A stretch of 64,000 nt of DNA from Adineta vaga. Its lineage: Eukaryota; Animalia; Rotifera. How positions within the stretch are numbered: position 1 is the stretch's first letter; every line of letters starts with the position of its first letter. Below, in pieces: positions 38,027-50,839 of the stretch. Under the pieces are notes generated by a model that saw nothing but the letters and a program-made list of their open reading frames with translations, had not been told where the DNA came from and ran no database searches. The stretch spans positions 11,594,001 through 11,658,000 of the forward strand of contig CP075493.1 in NCBI GenBank assembly GCA_021613535.1. Reading direction: 5' to 3'. The translations under genes were made by a program, and so were the position numbers.

Positions 38027-39748
38027 ATGGAGACAAACGATGAAACTTCTAGAGAAATATCAAGTTATCCTTCACGAAAACGAAGAACATCTCGCGATTC
38101 GCATTCATCTCTTGATCGATTTGAAACTCGAGCTGGTACTATGGATGAAGATCTTCAATCAATGGAACATAATTCGCGCAATATCTTTCGACAGTTAGAG
38201 TCAAAGAACCGAGAACTTGAAGCGCATATACATAGCATCTATGCAGATTTAAAGGCAATGAAATATGAAAATCAAAATCTGAAAGTACAAGTTGAGAATC
38301 TTCAGCAACAATATGACCGATCAGCAACACAGAACGGACATAGTCATCGTTTTAAACAATATTCTCAAGGAAAACAATCTGAGAAATCAGAGCTCGAGAA
38401 GTTCGTGAAAGACTTTGAAGAACGGTGCGATTTGGTGGAATCAAACAATCAAGAACTTACGGAGAGACTTGATAGTTGTCAACAAACCTTTGAGAGCCAA
38501 CTGACTAATCTTCAAGAATGCATGAGCAACTTCAAAATCAATGATAAGAATATACAACACAATGAAACAATCCTCTATCCACAACCCGTAGAAGATGCTG
38601 AGCACAAAAGCCCACTCAAAGGAATTAAAACTTATTTATCGGATGATATGAGTACTTCAAAAGGTATAGAAATTTATTATCACAAAGACCCAAAAAACAT
38701 TAATGATACTTCGTTATATATATATTTCTTTGTTTTAGAGCAATGTCATGAAGGCAAGGATAGTTGTGCTTTGATCGAAGAGACCTTGTGTGCACCTTGC
38801 GAAAAACAGATCCAGTTATCAACAGATGAAATTCAATATGGATTGTTTGATGTCTGTGATAAACATAATCTTATTTTGATGAAAGAAAAAGATAAGTTAA
38901 AACTATTTGATCATCAAGGACAAATAGATGAACGTCCATGGGGTGCATTTGGAAATGCTAATTTTGCGACTTGTATTCATTGGTGTTCGTTTCTTGATTG
39001 TTTCTTAATTTTATATAGATTTGGATTACATAAATTATTGTTAAAATTGAATTTAAAGACGTCGCAAACGAAATTTGATGACATTACTCCAATTAAATCC
39101 ATTCGAGCTTATTCTTTAAAACATGATACAGCAAATCGATGTAATAATACGTATGATTTATTACGTTTCATTACAACATCTCCCAATTTACCTGGTTATT
39201 TATATCTAAATCGTGGTTACCGTCGAATTGAATTGGTCAATACTAATTCTTGGAAAATGAACCGAGGATGGTCTAAACAAGATTTGAATTATAGTGATCG
39301 CGATGAAATACGATTGATAACATGTAGCTATGATGGTTCTTATTTAGCAATGAATATTAAATGGAATGATTGTGAGCGATTTGTTGACTTGAGAAAACGT
39401 GATGGTCAACTAACTTCAATAAAAAGGATTCGTATGGAAAAGGATACATCGTCATTGCTTCTTAGAATACAAGTTCCATTTGATCAAGAGAAATGGTTAA
39501 TTGTCGATGAGAATAACAATCAATGCTACAAGGTATCAGCAGATCCGGACGATGAAAAAATCATTCCAATGCGAACAGATCATATTCAAGCAATTGAAAA
39601 TGTTCCTATTCATTTGCGCTTCGTTTGTAATAATAAATACCTGCTCGTTGGTTCAGTCGTCGGTAGTGACACTCAAAAACAAGGTGTGTTCAAATTTTAC
39701 AAATTACCAACTCTATCCGATAAACTTACCTTGAAGGAATGCACGTGA
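38027..39748 (+). CDS. Coiled-coil + beta-propeller-like protein of unknown function
   Basis: 573-aa ORF with heptad-rich N-terminus and beta-rich C-terminus (CIHWCSFLDCFLIL). Probable in-frame intron 38664-38738. Confidence 0.8.
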   Translation: METNDETSREISSYPSRKRRTSRDSHSSLDRFETRAGTMDEDLQSMEHNSRNIFRQLESKNRELEAHIHSIYADLKAMKYENQNLKVQVENLQQQYDRSATQNGHSHRFKQYSQGKQSEKSELEKFVKDFEERCDLVESNNQELTERLDSCQQTFESQLTNLQECMSNFKINDKNIQHNETILYPQPVEDAEHKSPLKGIKTYLSDDMSTSKGIEIYYHKDPKNINDTSLYIYFFVLEQCHEGKDSCALIEETLCAPCEKQIQLSTDEIQYGLFDVCDKHNLILMKEKDKLKLFDHQGQIDERPWGAFGNANFATCIHWCSFLDCFLILYRFGLHKLLLKLNLKTSQTKFDDITPIKSIRAYSLKHDTANRCNNTYDLLRFITTSPNLPGYLYLNRGYRRIELVNTNSWKMNRGWSKQDLNYSDRDEIRLITCSYDGSYLAMNIKWNDCERFVDLRKRDGQLTSIKRIRMEKDTSSLLLRIQVPFDQEKWLIVDENNNQCYKVSADPDDEKIIPMRTDHIQAIENVPIHLRFVCNNKYLLVGSVVGSDTQKQGVFKFYKLPTLSDKLTLKECT

Positions 39749-40292
39749 AATTAATACACCATACTATTTTCTCATTCTTTGTTTTCAAATGTTCTCTATC
39801 CAATAATTTTACCTTATATTCAATAAATTATACGTGCCTTATATCAAAAATAACATGTACTCATAAGAAACGAACGTTTTCTTAATAAATATTTTGACAG
39901 TCGTGATAGCTAGAATCTGAATATAAAGATGTGCATGTGAGTATGTAAAATGAATAAAACATTGTTACTCAAACTCAAACTTTTACGGATACTTTCAACA
40001 TGCGTTTATATCAAACAGAATGTTCATGAACACTAAAATTAGAAAGAAACATAAGTGCATTTTTCATAAAGCAATATTTTTTAATATGCCACGACGCAAA
40101 TATCTCATATATTTGCATAAATTTTCATATTAAGAGCACTAAAAGAAAACTCCACTTGATTCTATTTATTCAAGCGATATATTATTGTTTATTGCAATAA
40201 TATATATATATATACAGTAGTCCTATACATTGATTTATTTAAACATATTATTCACTTTTAATCTCAAAACAGAATAGTGACAGCAAAAAAAT

Positions 40293-40658
40293 ATGGCTCG
40301 ATCACTTATTATTATCATTGCTATTATAATATGTGTAAAAGATACGGCTGCCGTTTTGTGCGACAAAAATTATCTTTCCTGCAGTGGTCGTTGTTATGAT
40401 CCATCACGTAACACCTGTTCTAGTGGGGTTCTTTGCGACAAAAACTATCTTTCCTGTAGTGGTCGTTGCTATGATACATCACGTAATACCTGTTCTAGTG
40501 GGGTTCTCTGTGACAAAAACTATCTTTCCTGTAGTGGTCGTTGCTATGATACATCACGTAATACCTGTTCTAGTGGGGTTCTCTGTGACAAAAACTATCT
40601 TTCATGCGATGGTCGTTGCTATGATCCATCACGTAATACCTGTTCTGGCCGTAAATAA
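40293..40658 (+). CDS. Secreted Cys-rich tandem-repeat protein, CBM52-like (fungal beta-1,3-glucan-binding module)
   Basis: Signal peptide plus 4 x 25-aa units VLCDKNYLSCSGRCYD(P/T)SRNTCSSG. Confidence 0.8.
   Translation: MARSLIIIIAIIICVKDTAAVLCDKNYLSCSGRCYDPSRNTCSSGVLCDKNYLSCSGRCYDTSRNTCSSGVLCDKNYLSCSGRCYDTSRNTCSSGVLCDKNYLSCDGRCYDPSRNTCSGRK
40353..40652 (+). repeat. Coding tandem repeat, 4 x 75 bp
   Basis: Near-identical units differing mostly at synonymous positions. Confidence 0.95.
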
Positions 40659-41941
40659 GATTTTAGGTAACTGAAACTTGTACTACATGCTGTGTGACTT
40701 TAATAAAGACGGCTAATATCTATACACTTTGATTCTATTGATTTACCGAGAAGCAATACACTTTGATATGATAAAAATAGAGTTAATGGGATAAGAAAAT
40801 TTAATGTGTGTGTTACTTTCTTTACATGTATTAAAATGGAATAAATTCTAGTCTTTTTTCTAGAGTTGAAGGGCAGAATTTGAGTAGAATATAATTTAGA
40901 GAAAAAATTGACAATAATATTAGATGCCGATGAGAAAAGCTTTCTTTTATCATCTGATAAACGTTTCGATTGTGTTCTGATGATAACGAGGAAATGTTTA
41001 ATGAATTGGTGAATAACTTTGAATCTAAATTAATACATGAAGAGAATTAGTACCTACTTGCAAATAATAAATTTGTTCTGTAATTCATTTTAATACAGAA
41101 GATAATTCACCGACATAAAATGAAAATGTATTGCAATATTCATTATTTATTGTCGATCAATTCAAAACAAACTTCAATTGAAGAAAATACCAATAAATCA
41201 CTTCTTTTCATCGTTTGACATATAAACAAGTTTAATTTCGAATCTTTCAATGGTATACGTGCACCCATTGCAAATCACAAATGGTTCTTGTTATAGTTGT
41301 ATATTATAATTTCTAACGTACAGGATATGATTCAACACGAGAAAAATAAACAAAATATGAGTGGATTATTATAGATATATGTATGCAAAAGACAACATTT
41401 CAAAGTAGATATTGTTATACGTAACTACGTCATTTACTTAATCTTTCGGAAAATGATTTATAATATAAAGTATCTTCAAAGTATGTGAACGAATGTCAAA
41501 AAAATTTAAAATGATTAACAAAATATATGAATTGTTTTTCATTCGATATAAATCATATTCTTCATCAGCTCATTATTTTCGATCAGTAGATATAACTTCG
41601 ATATATTTTGTTTGAGTTGTTTTTTTTTAGGGTGGATGCCATCTTCAACACACACTTTCACCAACAGCTCGCATCGATATCCACTAGAAATAATAAGAGA
41701 TATATGATACTGAAAGAAAAATGTATAGTTGACTGTTGTGTCATGTCTCTATGTGCAACATCTTACAATATATATAAAAGGGGAAGATGTGAACGCGAAT
41801 GGGACGATTTTTTTTAGTGATGAAATATAAATCAGTTGATTTCATCATATTTCTTTGTATTGTGGCTAGAAGTATTTTCAAGACGTAAATTTAATCGCTT
41901 TTTCTACTATACTTTATCTCGTCAGATGTTATATTTTCAAG

Positions 41942-42275
41942 ATCCGATATCGGTGCTAAACCATTCGAGGCATTCACTGTTTTAGACGATTTTGAAATGG
42001 TTAATGATCGTGCCATATTGGGCTCTCACATTAAATTCAGTAATCTTCGTGTTCCTGTAGAAAACATACTTTATAAACCAGGAACTGGTGCACAAGCCGT
42101 AGTAAGTTGTCGCTGATACTATGAAAGTTATTTGAATCGATAGTTATCGCATGGATTCTGGATTTGGACAATTAATAGGAAATGCTTTAGTATTGCCTAT
42201 TTTTGATGGAGGAAATATCGGTATTCAACGATGACAAGTACAGAAAATCTTCGAAAGTGAGCAATATAATCCACC
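41942..42275 (+). pseudogene. Nitroalkane oxidase-like (acyl-CoA dehydrogenase fold) remnant
   Basis: HIKFSNLRVPVENILYKPGTGAQAV and GNALVLPIFDGGNIGIQR*QVQKIF. The FDGGN motif is typical of NAO. CGA>TGA at 42232 and large deletions. Confidence 0.78.
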
Positions 42276-43252
42276 TACATTACTTGATTCTGTCATTCTG
42301 ATAAAATATCTTATGCTTTTTCAATAAACTTCATTTGTATATATCACTTTTGCCGATAGCACCGTACAAAGAGTCCTATTACTAAAGTATAAATTAGGAA
42401 CTATTTTTTAAAAACGTGTTTTTATAATCAAATAACTGACCTTATAAATGAACTTCATCTCGAATATTTATTTCCGGTACTATCGAAATTGTACATCAAT
42501 ACACTGAAAACTCAATGCTGGACTTCGTAATCATGATAATATAGAGCAGATCGAAAAACGTAACTTTTAGCTGTAATATTTTGCAAAGGTATTTTAGAAA
42601 TAGATAGACTAAGCTCTCCTGGAATAATTATTTTAAACAGATCCATCGACGCTGTTTTCACTACTATATTTTACTGTTTTTATAGAGAATTGACTCTGAA
42701 ACTACACTCTCAACACGTTTGTTGTAGATGGAATTTGATTTGAATCGACTAAGGTTTGCAGTTGTATTCAATACTTCATAAAATATAATCGTTGCTGGTC
42801 GTGTTGTACTAACAATAAGCATTCAAGAGGTGATAAAATGAGTATTTCAGTACAAAACTATTACTGACTTTTTTGTATTGTCATCAACCTCATAAGTTAA
42901 AAATTTATTACGAATGTTAACGACAAATAAACGAAGATTAACATCTCGATTGTATAATATTATAGTATTACCAGTGCAATGTCTTTTATCAAAATAACAA
43001 GGGTGAAGGATTATTAGATTGAAACGAGTAAGTGATAAAGAACAACATTGATCATTTGTTTCGATTCTCACGAAATAAATATTAGTCATTTTAATGATAG
43101 TGACTGAGTAAAATAAGAGTATCAAAATCATTGTATAATCATAGTGATAATGCAGATACTTTGAATAAAAATAAATTCACATCATCGAATACATAAATAC
43201 TAAAGCGAAGCAAAAAAGACGAATAATAAATACATTTGTTATCAGTAGAAAA

Positions 43253-43774
43253 ATGCTTCGATTGACTGTTTTTCTTTCATTTATTATCGTTTCAAGTTTT
43301 ATTTTCAATTTGATCAATGCGGATGAAAAACTTGGTAACGAAGATATAATTACTTCTATTGAAAATAGTATTAAACAATTATTTTCATTGTGGATATTAC
43401 CTTGTTCCGAATGGTTAAATGTATTTACTACTGATGCTGTATGGTATCATCCAAAATTTCCTGATGGTTTACAATACAATCAATTGCAGAAATTTTGTGA
43501 ACTCAATCAAGCAACAAAACCAGCATTATTTCGTCAAGATGGTGAAATTCGATTAACAATTAGCGGTAATTCATCAACATCATCTTTATACCATGTCATG
43601 GTTCCATATGTATATGGACAAATTGAACAAGGAAATAACGATTCGTTATTTATTAATAGTGGTTATGAATATGTTCAATTAGTTACTGATCAAAATAATG
43701 TCATCCGTATTAATATGGTTGTGGAATTTTTCAATCGGGCATCATTACCATTCGTTTGGCCAGACAATAATTAA
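43253..43774 (+). CDS. Secreted SnoaL/NTF2-like protein
   Basis: Signal peptide and WLNVFTTDAVWYHP motif. Intronless 173 aa. Confidence 0.7.
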   Translation: MLRLTVFLSFIIVSSFIFNLINADEKLGNEDIITSIENSIKQLFSLWILPCSEWLNVFTTDAVWYHPKFPDGLQYNQLQKFCELNQATKPALFRQDGEIRLTISGNSSTSSLYHVMVPYVYGQIEQGNNDSLFINSGYEYVQLVTDQNNVIRINMVVEFFNRASLPFVWPDNN

Positions 43775-43924
43775 GTTAGATCGTGTACTACTTGATTTCT
43801 TATTCACTTTGAAAAAAAATGATTTTATTTCATTTACAAAAACGTTTTCATTACATATAGATAGAATGAAAACAAGTATCGCAGGTATAATATAAAAGAA
43901 ATATAGAGAAACATAAAAAAGAAC

Positions 43925-44741
43925 TCAATTATTATCATTTTCATTCGATGAATGACGATTTTGATTATCGGAATCTTCTCGTGTTGATCCACTTGCAATC
44001 AAACTAAGTATAAAAATTAGAGTACTTAGTATAAGATGTGGAACTAATAACCATCGTGCTACTCTCTAAAAGATAGAAATAGTAGTTAGAAACAAAGAAT
44101 AACTTCATTTACTCCTTGTATACACCAACGATTGAATGTTTCGGTATCTGTTGTATAGTTTTTCAAATGACAATTGAAGGCTTCAAGTGTAAAATGACCA
44201 ATGTATTTGTTATTACTATCCGTCATACCATCGAAGAAAAAATCATTGCTATTATTGAATTGAACAAATGAAAATGCAATGGAAGCTGTATCGATACCGA
44301 TGCGAAGTAGACTTAGAACAGCAATAGTTGCATTGAAATAATCGAACACAAGTGTCTATCAAGAGTATTTCATCAAACATTCTTAAAAATTCAAAACAAA
44401 AAACTATATACCTTCGTGATAGATATGGGTGTACGTCTGATGATAAAGAATATGATAAGCAACGAGTCAAGAAGTCCTCCAAGGGCAGCAGCGAAGATAA
44501 TCCAATAACTACCAATATCTACTCTAGATGGTAGATATGCCAATGTTCTTTGAGATGTAACAGTACCATTGATCTGCCCATTTATATCATAAGTATTGTA
44601 AATATTGGTAAATGTTGCAGTATGTTGAGAAGCATCACCATTTACGTAAGCCAATGAATTACAGATAAATCCGAGAAGAATCACAGATAAAAGAAATAGT
44701 AAAATGGCTATTACTGAAATGGATAAACGAAGCAAGTTCAT
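43925..44741 (-). CDS. Four-TM membrane protein of unknown function, 3 exons
   Basis: ORFs 44391-44780 and 44086-44349 plus a last exon (RVARWLLVPHLILSTLIFILSLI...stop 43925), joined by GT-AG introns. Confidence 0.75.
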
Positions 44742-46671
44742 CGAGAAACTAAAAAGTATACAATGCAATATTTTCGACATTCAAAATACAAGGAACGAAA
44801 AATAACATAAAACACGTGTTTTTATTCTTCTTTCCTCTGTTACTCTCATAATGTGACGATAAAAACACAGCGAATTTTCTCGTTAGTTGAATAATACGAG
44901 TGCTTTCAATCGATCTATCTTATACTAAATATTTTTATGACTGAAATCCTTCAGATTGTAATATTCAACATAGAATAAGTAGATGTTTCGTTTCAACTTG
45001 TTTACTCGTACTTTTGTTTTCCGTTACCACCATCAAATCGATTTTTATTGAAGAACAGAGAGGACATTTAATTAAATACTCATGAATAACGACAGAAAAG
45101 AAGAAAAAAAATCTTTCTCAAATCAACACAATGTTAGCGTCAACAGATGACACCTGTTGCCGCTAATTTTATTTAGTATATATATATATATATATACTCT
45201 GTTCTTTTTATCTACAATACTTGGCGTATGGCTTATCTAATAGTTCAGCGAAAAATGTTCTTTATTCAGGCTTATAATTTTTCATCATTTATACATAGAG
45301 AACAATGGATACACTAGTTCTTTCTAAGAACATCTTTAGTTATCAAGGATTCAATTATTTCAGTAATGCACTCCAAAACAACAACAGGATAAGATACATG
45401 ATTTAGTCGCATTTGTCGTACATCACAGACGCTTGTTACTATCGATTTTCAAGCAAATCCATTCTCTCCGCTTAGTGAAATATCTATAAGCAATATGTTA
45501 CATAGGGACACAGTTAGTCATATTCTTTTATTTTTCAATCATATACTCATACTATTGTCATTTACTCAAAGTATTGACAGTATTTGAGCAATGTTTAGCA
45601 CCTTTTACATATTGAAATACAATGCCGACTGATAGACACTAAAAACGTTGGATTTAGCTGCAAAGAAAACTAGATTATTATTTTTATTTCATGCAGACTC
45701 TGTAAGGGAACTGCTCTCCCTGTTGGTTGCATTCACTCTACAATCATTTGGAATAGAAATTTGAAGAACTATTTATATCGAACAACAGAATTCGTATGGA
45801 AGGTTCACACTATTTAAGTAAAATGCGGTTGATTTCATTCTCTTTGTGTGTTCATCTTATTTTCATTTTCGTCATTGCATTAGATACTGACCGTGCTAGA
45901 TCTTCAACAAAATGGAATCGACCTAGAATCTATATGACTTGCATGCAATATATTACCGCATGACAGAGTAAAGCATATTGTTTGATCTCCAACTGAGAGT
46001 ACACAATCAATATATAATATAGAGACGCTCACGACAAAACATTCGGTGGAATTATAGAAACGTTATATGAAAATATCTCTATATCATAATTGATGTTTTA
46101 ATTATATTTATCGGAGACACTTTAGCTATAAGAAAATAATTGCTAGTAATCATTTTCAGTCACCTTGGGAGTGTGGCAGTCAAACAAGCATGTAATAAAA
46201 AGTCTCAAACTCTTTGTGTAGTTATGTTGGAAATTTTTTTTTCCTCTTTTCTTCAAAGAAAAAATGTGTCAACATATTTCCTTACATGAGTTTTTTTTCT
46301 GACTGCGAAGCACGCATTAAATAAATTGTATTTTGAATTTCTCTTTTCTATACTTCCCTGGAACTTTTTATGCGCTACATAGAATGCTTTACAATACGAA
46401 AAACCCAAAGTAAAAGAGAAAAAGTTTGTTTGAAAATTCGTGTCCACTTCATAGTTGAAACAGCCGTACTGTCAGAAAATTCGCCGAAAACATTTTGTTA
46501 TTATTTTCGCATCCTTACAATTCACTGTGACAACATTGACTGTCTTTTACTGCATCAAGGCTTGATCCACAATTCGAAAAACAAAGTTTTTTCGTGGCAT
46601 AAGATTTACGAACAAATTGGCATATAAAAGAAAGATTTCGTTCGTCATTCGTTAGAAAAATTCATTCTGGA

Positions 46672-48651
46672 ATGAGTCGAAAACCAACGAAGAGCAATAC
46701 CAGTTCAAACACAATAAAATCCAAAGCTTCAACTGTCGCCAAGCCGCCTCCAGCTGCCGTCACAGAAACCCTTGTAGAAAAGTTCAAAAATTCTTGTACA
46801 ACGCAACATTTTGCTTTAGTATGGCTCGATGAAAATTTCGACCAAAACAATCTCAATTGTCGCACATTGGTCGCACAGTTACAAACCATTATTAAAAAGC
46901 TCGATCTTTTTAATGATACGGATAATTGCATAGAATTCATCAATAGTATTCGAAACCTCGATGTTTATCTGATTATATCTAATCCAGAAGAAAAGATACT
47001 TCTTCGTTTTCATCGATTAGAACAAGTGAAAGCGATATTTGTTTTTGATGATACGAATTCATCGAAAGAATCCTGGATTGATCAATGGAAGAAAATTCGA
47101 GGTGCTTACACTAGTGTTGATGCACTATGTAAGTCTGTCAAGGAAACAGCCAAAGATTCCGATAATGAATTGAAGGAATTACATTTTATTTCTTCGAAAG
47201 ATATTGAAACTCGTGGTTTAGATGAACTCAATCAATCATTTATGTATACTCAATTAATTAAAGAAATTATTCTTGAATTGGACTATGGTAATGAATGTGT
47301 CCGAGAATTCGTTACCTATTCTATCGAAAATCGAGATAAATACAAACCTAAATTACAAGGTTTCGAAGAATTTCAACAAAATTACAAAAAACAGAAAACT
47401 CCAGTTTGGTGGTATACCAGAGACATCTTCGCTTATGAATTTGTCAATTGGGCACTGCGTAAACAAGAATTCGATGCGATCATTCGAGCAGGCTTCTTTA
47501 TTAATGATCTTCATCGTCATATTGCCGAATTACATGAAAATCAATTATTGAATGGCAAGACAGAATTGGTTGTCTATCGTGGTCAAGGTATGGATAAGGA
47601 AGATTTTACAGAGTTAAGAAATAGTAAAGGTGGTCTCTTAGCATTCAACAATTTTTTATCAACTAGTAGAGATCCGGCTGTTGCTCAGGGTTTTCTTTCA
47701 AGAGCATTGAAGAAGGGCTTTGCAGTTGGAATTGTTTTCATTATTACCCTTGATCCATCAATCTCATCAGCAGTTTATGCTGAGGTTGATGAGGTTAGTT
47801 GCTACGAGAAAGCAGAGGCAGAAATACTGTTCTCTTTAGCAACGGTCTTTCGTATTGGAAAAATACGACCAGTTCAACGTGATCCAGAAATCTGGGAAGT
47901 AGAACTTAGTTTAACCAGCAATGAAGATAGAGAACTTAATATTCTTATGGATCGTATACGAGTAGAAATCGAAGGATCAACACCTTTATATAAATTAGGT
48001 GCTTTGATGATTAAAGTCGGTCAATATAATAAAGCAGAAGAAATTTATTCTACGTTATTACAAGATACAAAAGATGAAGTAGAAAAAGCTAATCTTAACC
48101 ATCAGCTCGGTTTTATTAAGTATAAGCAAGGAAATCCAAGAAGAGCTTTACAGCTCTATGATGAAGTCTTAAAGGTTTATCAAAAAACTATTGGAGGTGA
48201 TCATAATAATGTTGCTGCGGTATACAACAATATGGGATTAGCCTACGATAGTCTGAAGGATTATTCACAAGCGTTAGTTCACTATCAAAAAGCCCAAAAA
48301 ATATATGAAAAAAATGCATCCACGAATGGACCAATTTTAGCTACATGTTACAATAACATAGCATCAATTTACGATCAAAAGCAAGATTATAAACAAGCAT
48401 TGTCCTACTTTGAAAAATCCTCTCAAATTTACGAAACTCAGTCTAGTGCAAATCATCCAGATTTGGCTACATTGAAGAATAACATTGGACTAGTTCATAT
48501 GAAAACAAATGACTACAAGAAAGCCTTAGAATGTTTTCAAACGGCTGTAAAAATTGGGACAAAAACATTACCTCAAGATCATGCAGATTTGCAGGCATAT
48601 AAAGAACATCTCAAGTTGGTGAATACAACATTAAATAATAAGTATAAATAA
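46672..48651 (+). CDS. ADP-ribosyltransferase (R-S-E type) + TPR repeat protein, intronless
   Basis: FALVWLD receiver-like N-terminus, SFMYTQLIKEI, PVWWYT, VYRGQ, FLSTSRD and EAEILF, then ~5 TPRs. Confidence 0.93.
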   Translation: MSRKPTKSNTSSNTIKSKASTVAKPPPAAVTETLVEKFKNSCTTQHFALVWLDENFDQNNLNCRTLVAQLQTIIKKLDLFNDTDNCIEFINSIRNLDVYLIISNPEEKILLRFHRLEQVKAIFVFDDTNSSKESWIDQWKKIRGAYTSVDALCKSVKETAKDSDNELKELHFISSKDIETRGLDELNQSFMYTQLIKEIILELDYGNECVREFVTYSIENRDKYKPKLQGFEEFQQNYKKQKTPVWWYTRDIFAYEFVNWALRKQEFDAIIRAGFFINDLHRHIAELHENQLLNGKTELVVYRGQGMDKEDFTELRNSKGGLLAFNNFLSTSRDPAVAQGFLSRALKKGFAVGIVFIITLDPSISSAVYAEVDEVSCYEKAEAEILFSLATVFRIGKIRPVQRDPEIWEVELSLTSNEDRELNILMDRIRVEIEGSTPLYKLGALMIKVGQYNKAEEIYSTLLQDTKDEVEKANLNHQLGFIKYKQGNPRRALQLYDEVLKVYQKTIGGDHNNVAAVYNNMGLAYDSLKDYSQALVHYQKAQKIYEKNASTNGPILATCYNNIASIYDQKQDYKQALSYFEKSSQIYETQSSANHPDLATLKNNIGLVHMKTNDYKKALECFQTAVKIGTKTLPQDHADLQAYKEHLKLVNTTLNNKYK

Positions 48652-50570
48652 AAACCAATGATCTTCCGATAAAACTAGAATTGTCTGACATAAAATTCTT
48701 GGGAATCTCGATTCTCCTACATTTCTTAGTGTATTGTTCGATCTTGTTTTCTTTTACGAATGCGTATCATATTTTCTCGACTACAATACTTTAATAAAAA
48801 AACTTTCTCAACCTGCCCCATTATACGAAATGAAAGATAAAGATATGACGGTGATCAGAACAATACGTCGGTACATGATGTTTGTTAAGGGTCATACTTT
48901 GAAAAAGATACTAATGATTAGTCGTTATGTATTTGGCTAAATAGTGAGTAAGTAAATAAGACATGTTCTATCATGTTTCTTTGTCATCATTAATAATGTC
49001 AATTTTTAGCGCACATAATATGATATCGTTTAGACAACATTCGTGAAGAAGTGTACCTGCATCATGTGAAATATATAAGATTTATTATGCTAATTTCTCA
49101 AGTATTTAAAACAAATATAAATTCAATCTCTATGTACATAAACAGAAACAATATATATATATATACTCAGTTGATAGAATGACTTGCTTGATTTTCGTTA
49201 AATATTACTAGAAACAAGATTATAAACGTCAGTTGCATGGCAAAGAATAGATGCTTAGTTAAATCTTCAAGTCAGATAATATTTCAGAAGTCAATGATTA
49301 ACAAACTACATATTGAGTCTCAAATAAAAAGCCTTTCTATCATTATAGTTTTCTTCAAATCATTTTAGAATGTTCTCCTACTTCATTTTGTTACTCATAT
49401 TCACTAATATTAATGGGTTAAACGAACATTTATTCAAAAACATAAATAATGATCAACATAGAACGAGATTGGCAATAAACAATCGTATGGTTCTTTACGC
49501 TGATAATATTTTGCAAGGATTTATAACTGTGAGAAAACCATTTTCATCTAATCCAAATACAGACGATATTGTTTACTCTACAATCATTCAGCAAAGTGGT
49601 TATAATATCTCCTCTCTCTATATACATAATATTGCTACAGGTGCTAAGCCGAACAACAATAGTTCTGTGTTTGCATTGGTAGGAGAAGATCAAAATAATG
49701 ATTTATATTTAATAGTGATGTTGATAGACGTTACTTCTCCTGTTGATATTCGTACTATTTGGAGAAACTTGACACAGCCAAATATTGCAACCGACATAGT
49801 TCTTGGTATAGATTCTGAAAGTGCACATATATATGTCGTTCAACTTTCTTTAACCCTTTACTTCGATGTCAATTCAGAAGAAAGTCGAGAATATTACAAT
49901 AGTGAACTCTGGGATCGTCGAAGATTCATTCGTGGTGAAGCACTTGCTGTTACGAATGATCATCGTCTTTTTTTACTCGCATATAGAATGTCAGGATTTA
50001 AAATACGAGAACACAGGCAGAGATATGATCTTTGCTTATATACCGTTGATCTATCTAATGTGTCTAAGCCAATACCATTGGAAATAGTCAATTGGCCTAT
50101 ATATTTTTCACCGAAATTTCTCTCGGATCATCGAGAATATTCAACCTTATCAATTGTTCTGGATGAAGAACTAGATATATTAATTGCAGGTATTCCATCG
50201 ATTGATACCGTTGTTATTTTATCTATCCGAGATAAATCACAGGGTCCAGTTATTATCAAAGAGCATATTTCATTACAGAAAGGTATATTATTCGGCAAAT
50301 CAGTTGCACTTCTCGATAATAATACATATGCTGTACTAGCTTATGCAATACCAAGTTTAACATGGTTTACTTCTCAAATACAGGTGAGTAATACTAGAAA
50401 ATCTTTAACTAAATTTTAGTTTTATGCTATTTTCCATAGGTTTATTCTCTTTATGATAGGAATAAAAATCAACAACCAAGTTTTGTTTTTCCAAATAATC
50501 AACAGCCACTTCCGAAATCGAATACATTACAAATACCTTATCGTATAGTTAAATTTGTACCATGGGATTC

Positions 50571-50705
50571 TGTTAGCTCGTATTCGAGCTGACGATGTTT
50601 ATTTATTTTGTCTGTCTCAAAAGTAGAAAATAACATAGCTTTATATAGAAAAGGAGAAGGAGAAAGAGAAGGAGAGAGAGAGATATGTATGAATCATCGC
50701 TAACA
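50571..50705 (-). repeat. 3' LTR (135 bp)
   Basis: TGTTAGC...GCTAACA termini. Identical to the other LTR except one GA unit. TATATAAA and AATAAA on the minus strand. Confidence 0.98.
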
Positions 50706-50720
50706 CATCCCCTCTCCCTT
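50706..50720 (-). promoter_or_regulatory. Polypurine tract
   Basis: AAGGGAGAGGGGATG immediately before the 3' LTR. Confidence 0.9.
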
Positions 50721-50839
50721 TAAACGTGTGTCCCCACACGAAGAGTTACAACACAAAGAAAATCGACAACAAGAAAATAAACAACACACCATGAAAATCA
50801 CAAAAAAATTTCATCATGTAGTGTATAAGTACATTAATG

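Noticed and set aside
40353-40652. Regular repeats resembling a CRISPR array
   Set aside because: No unique spacers; these are in-frame 75-bp coding units after a signal peptide, in eukaryotic DNA.
42847-43131. 94-aa minus-strand ORF
   Set aside because: Non-ATG start, AT-rich and no motif.
45130-46000. Possible degraded coding or transposase remnant
   Set aside because: Stops in all frames and no family motif that I can name.
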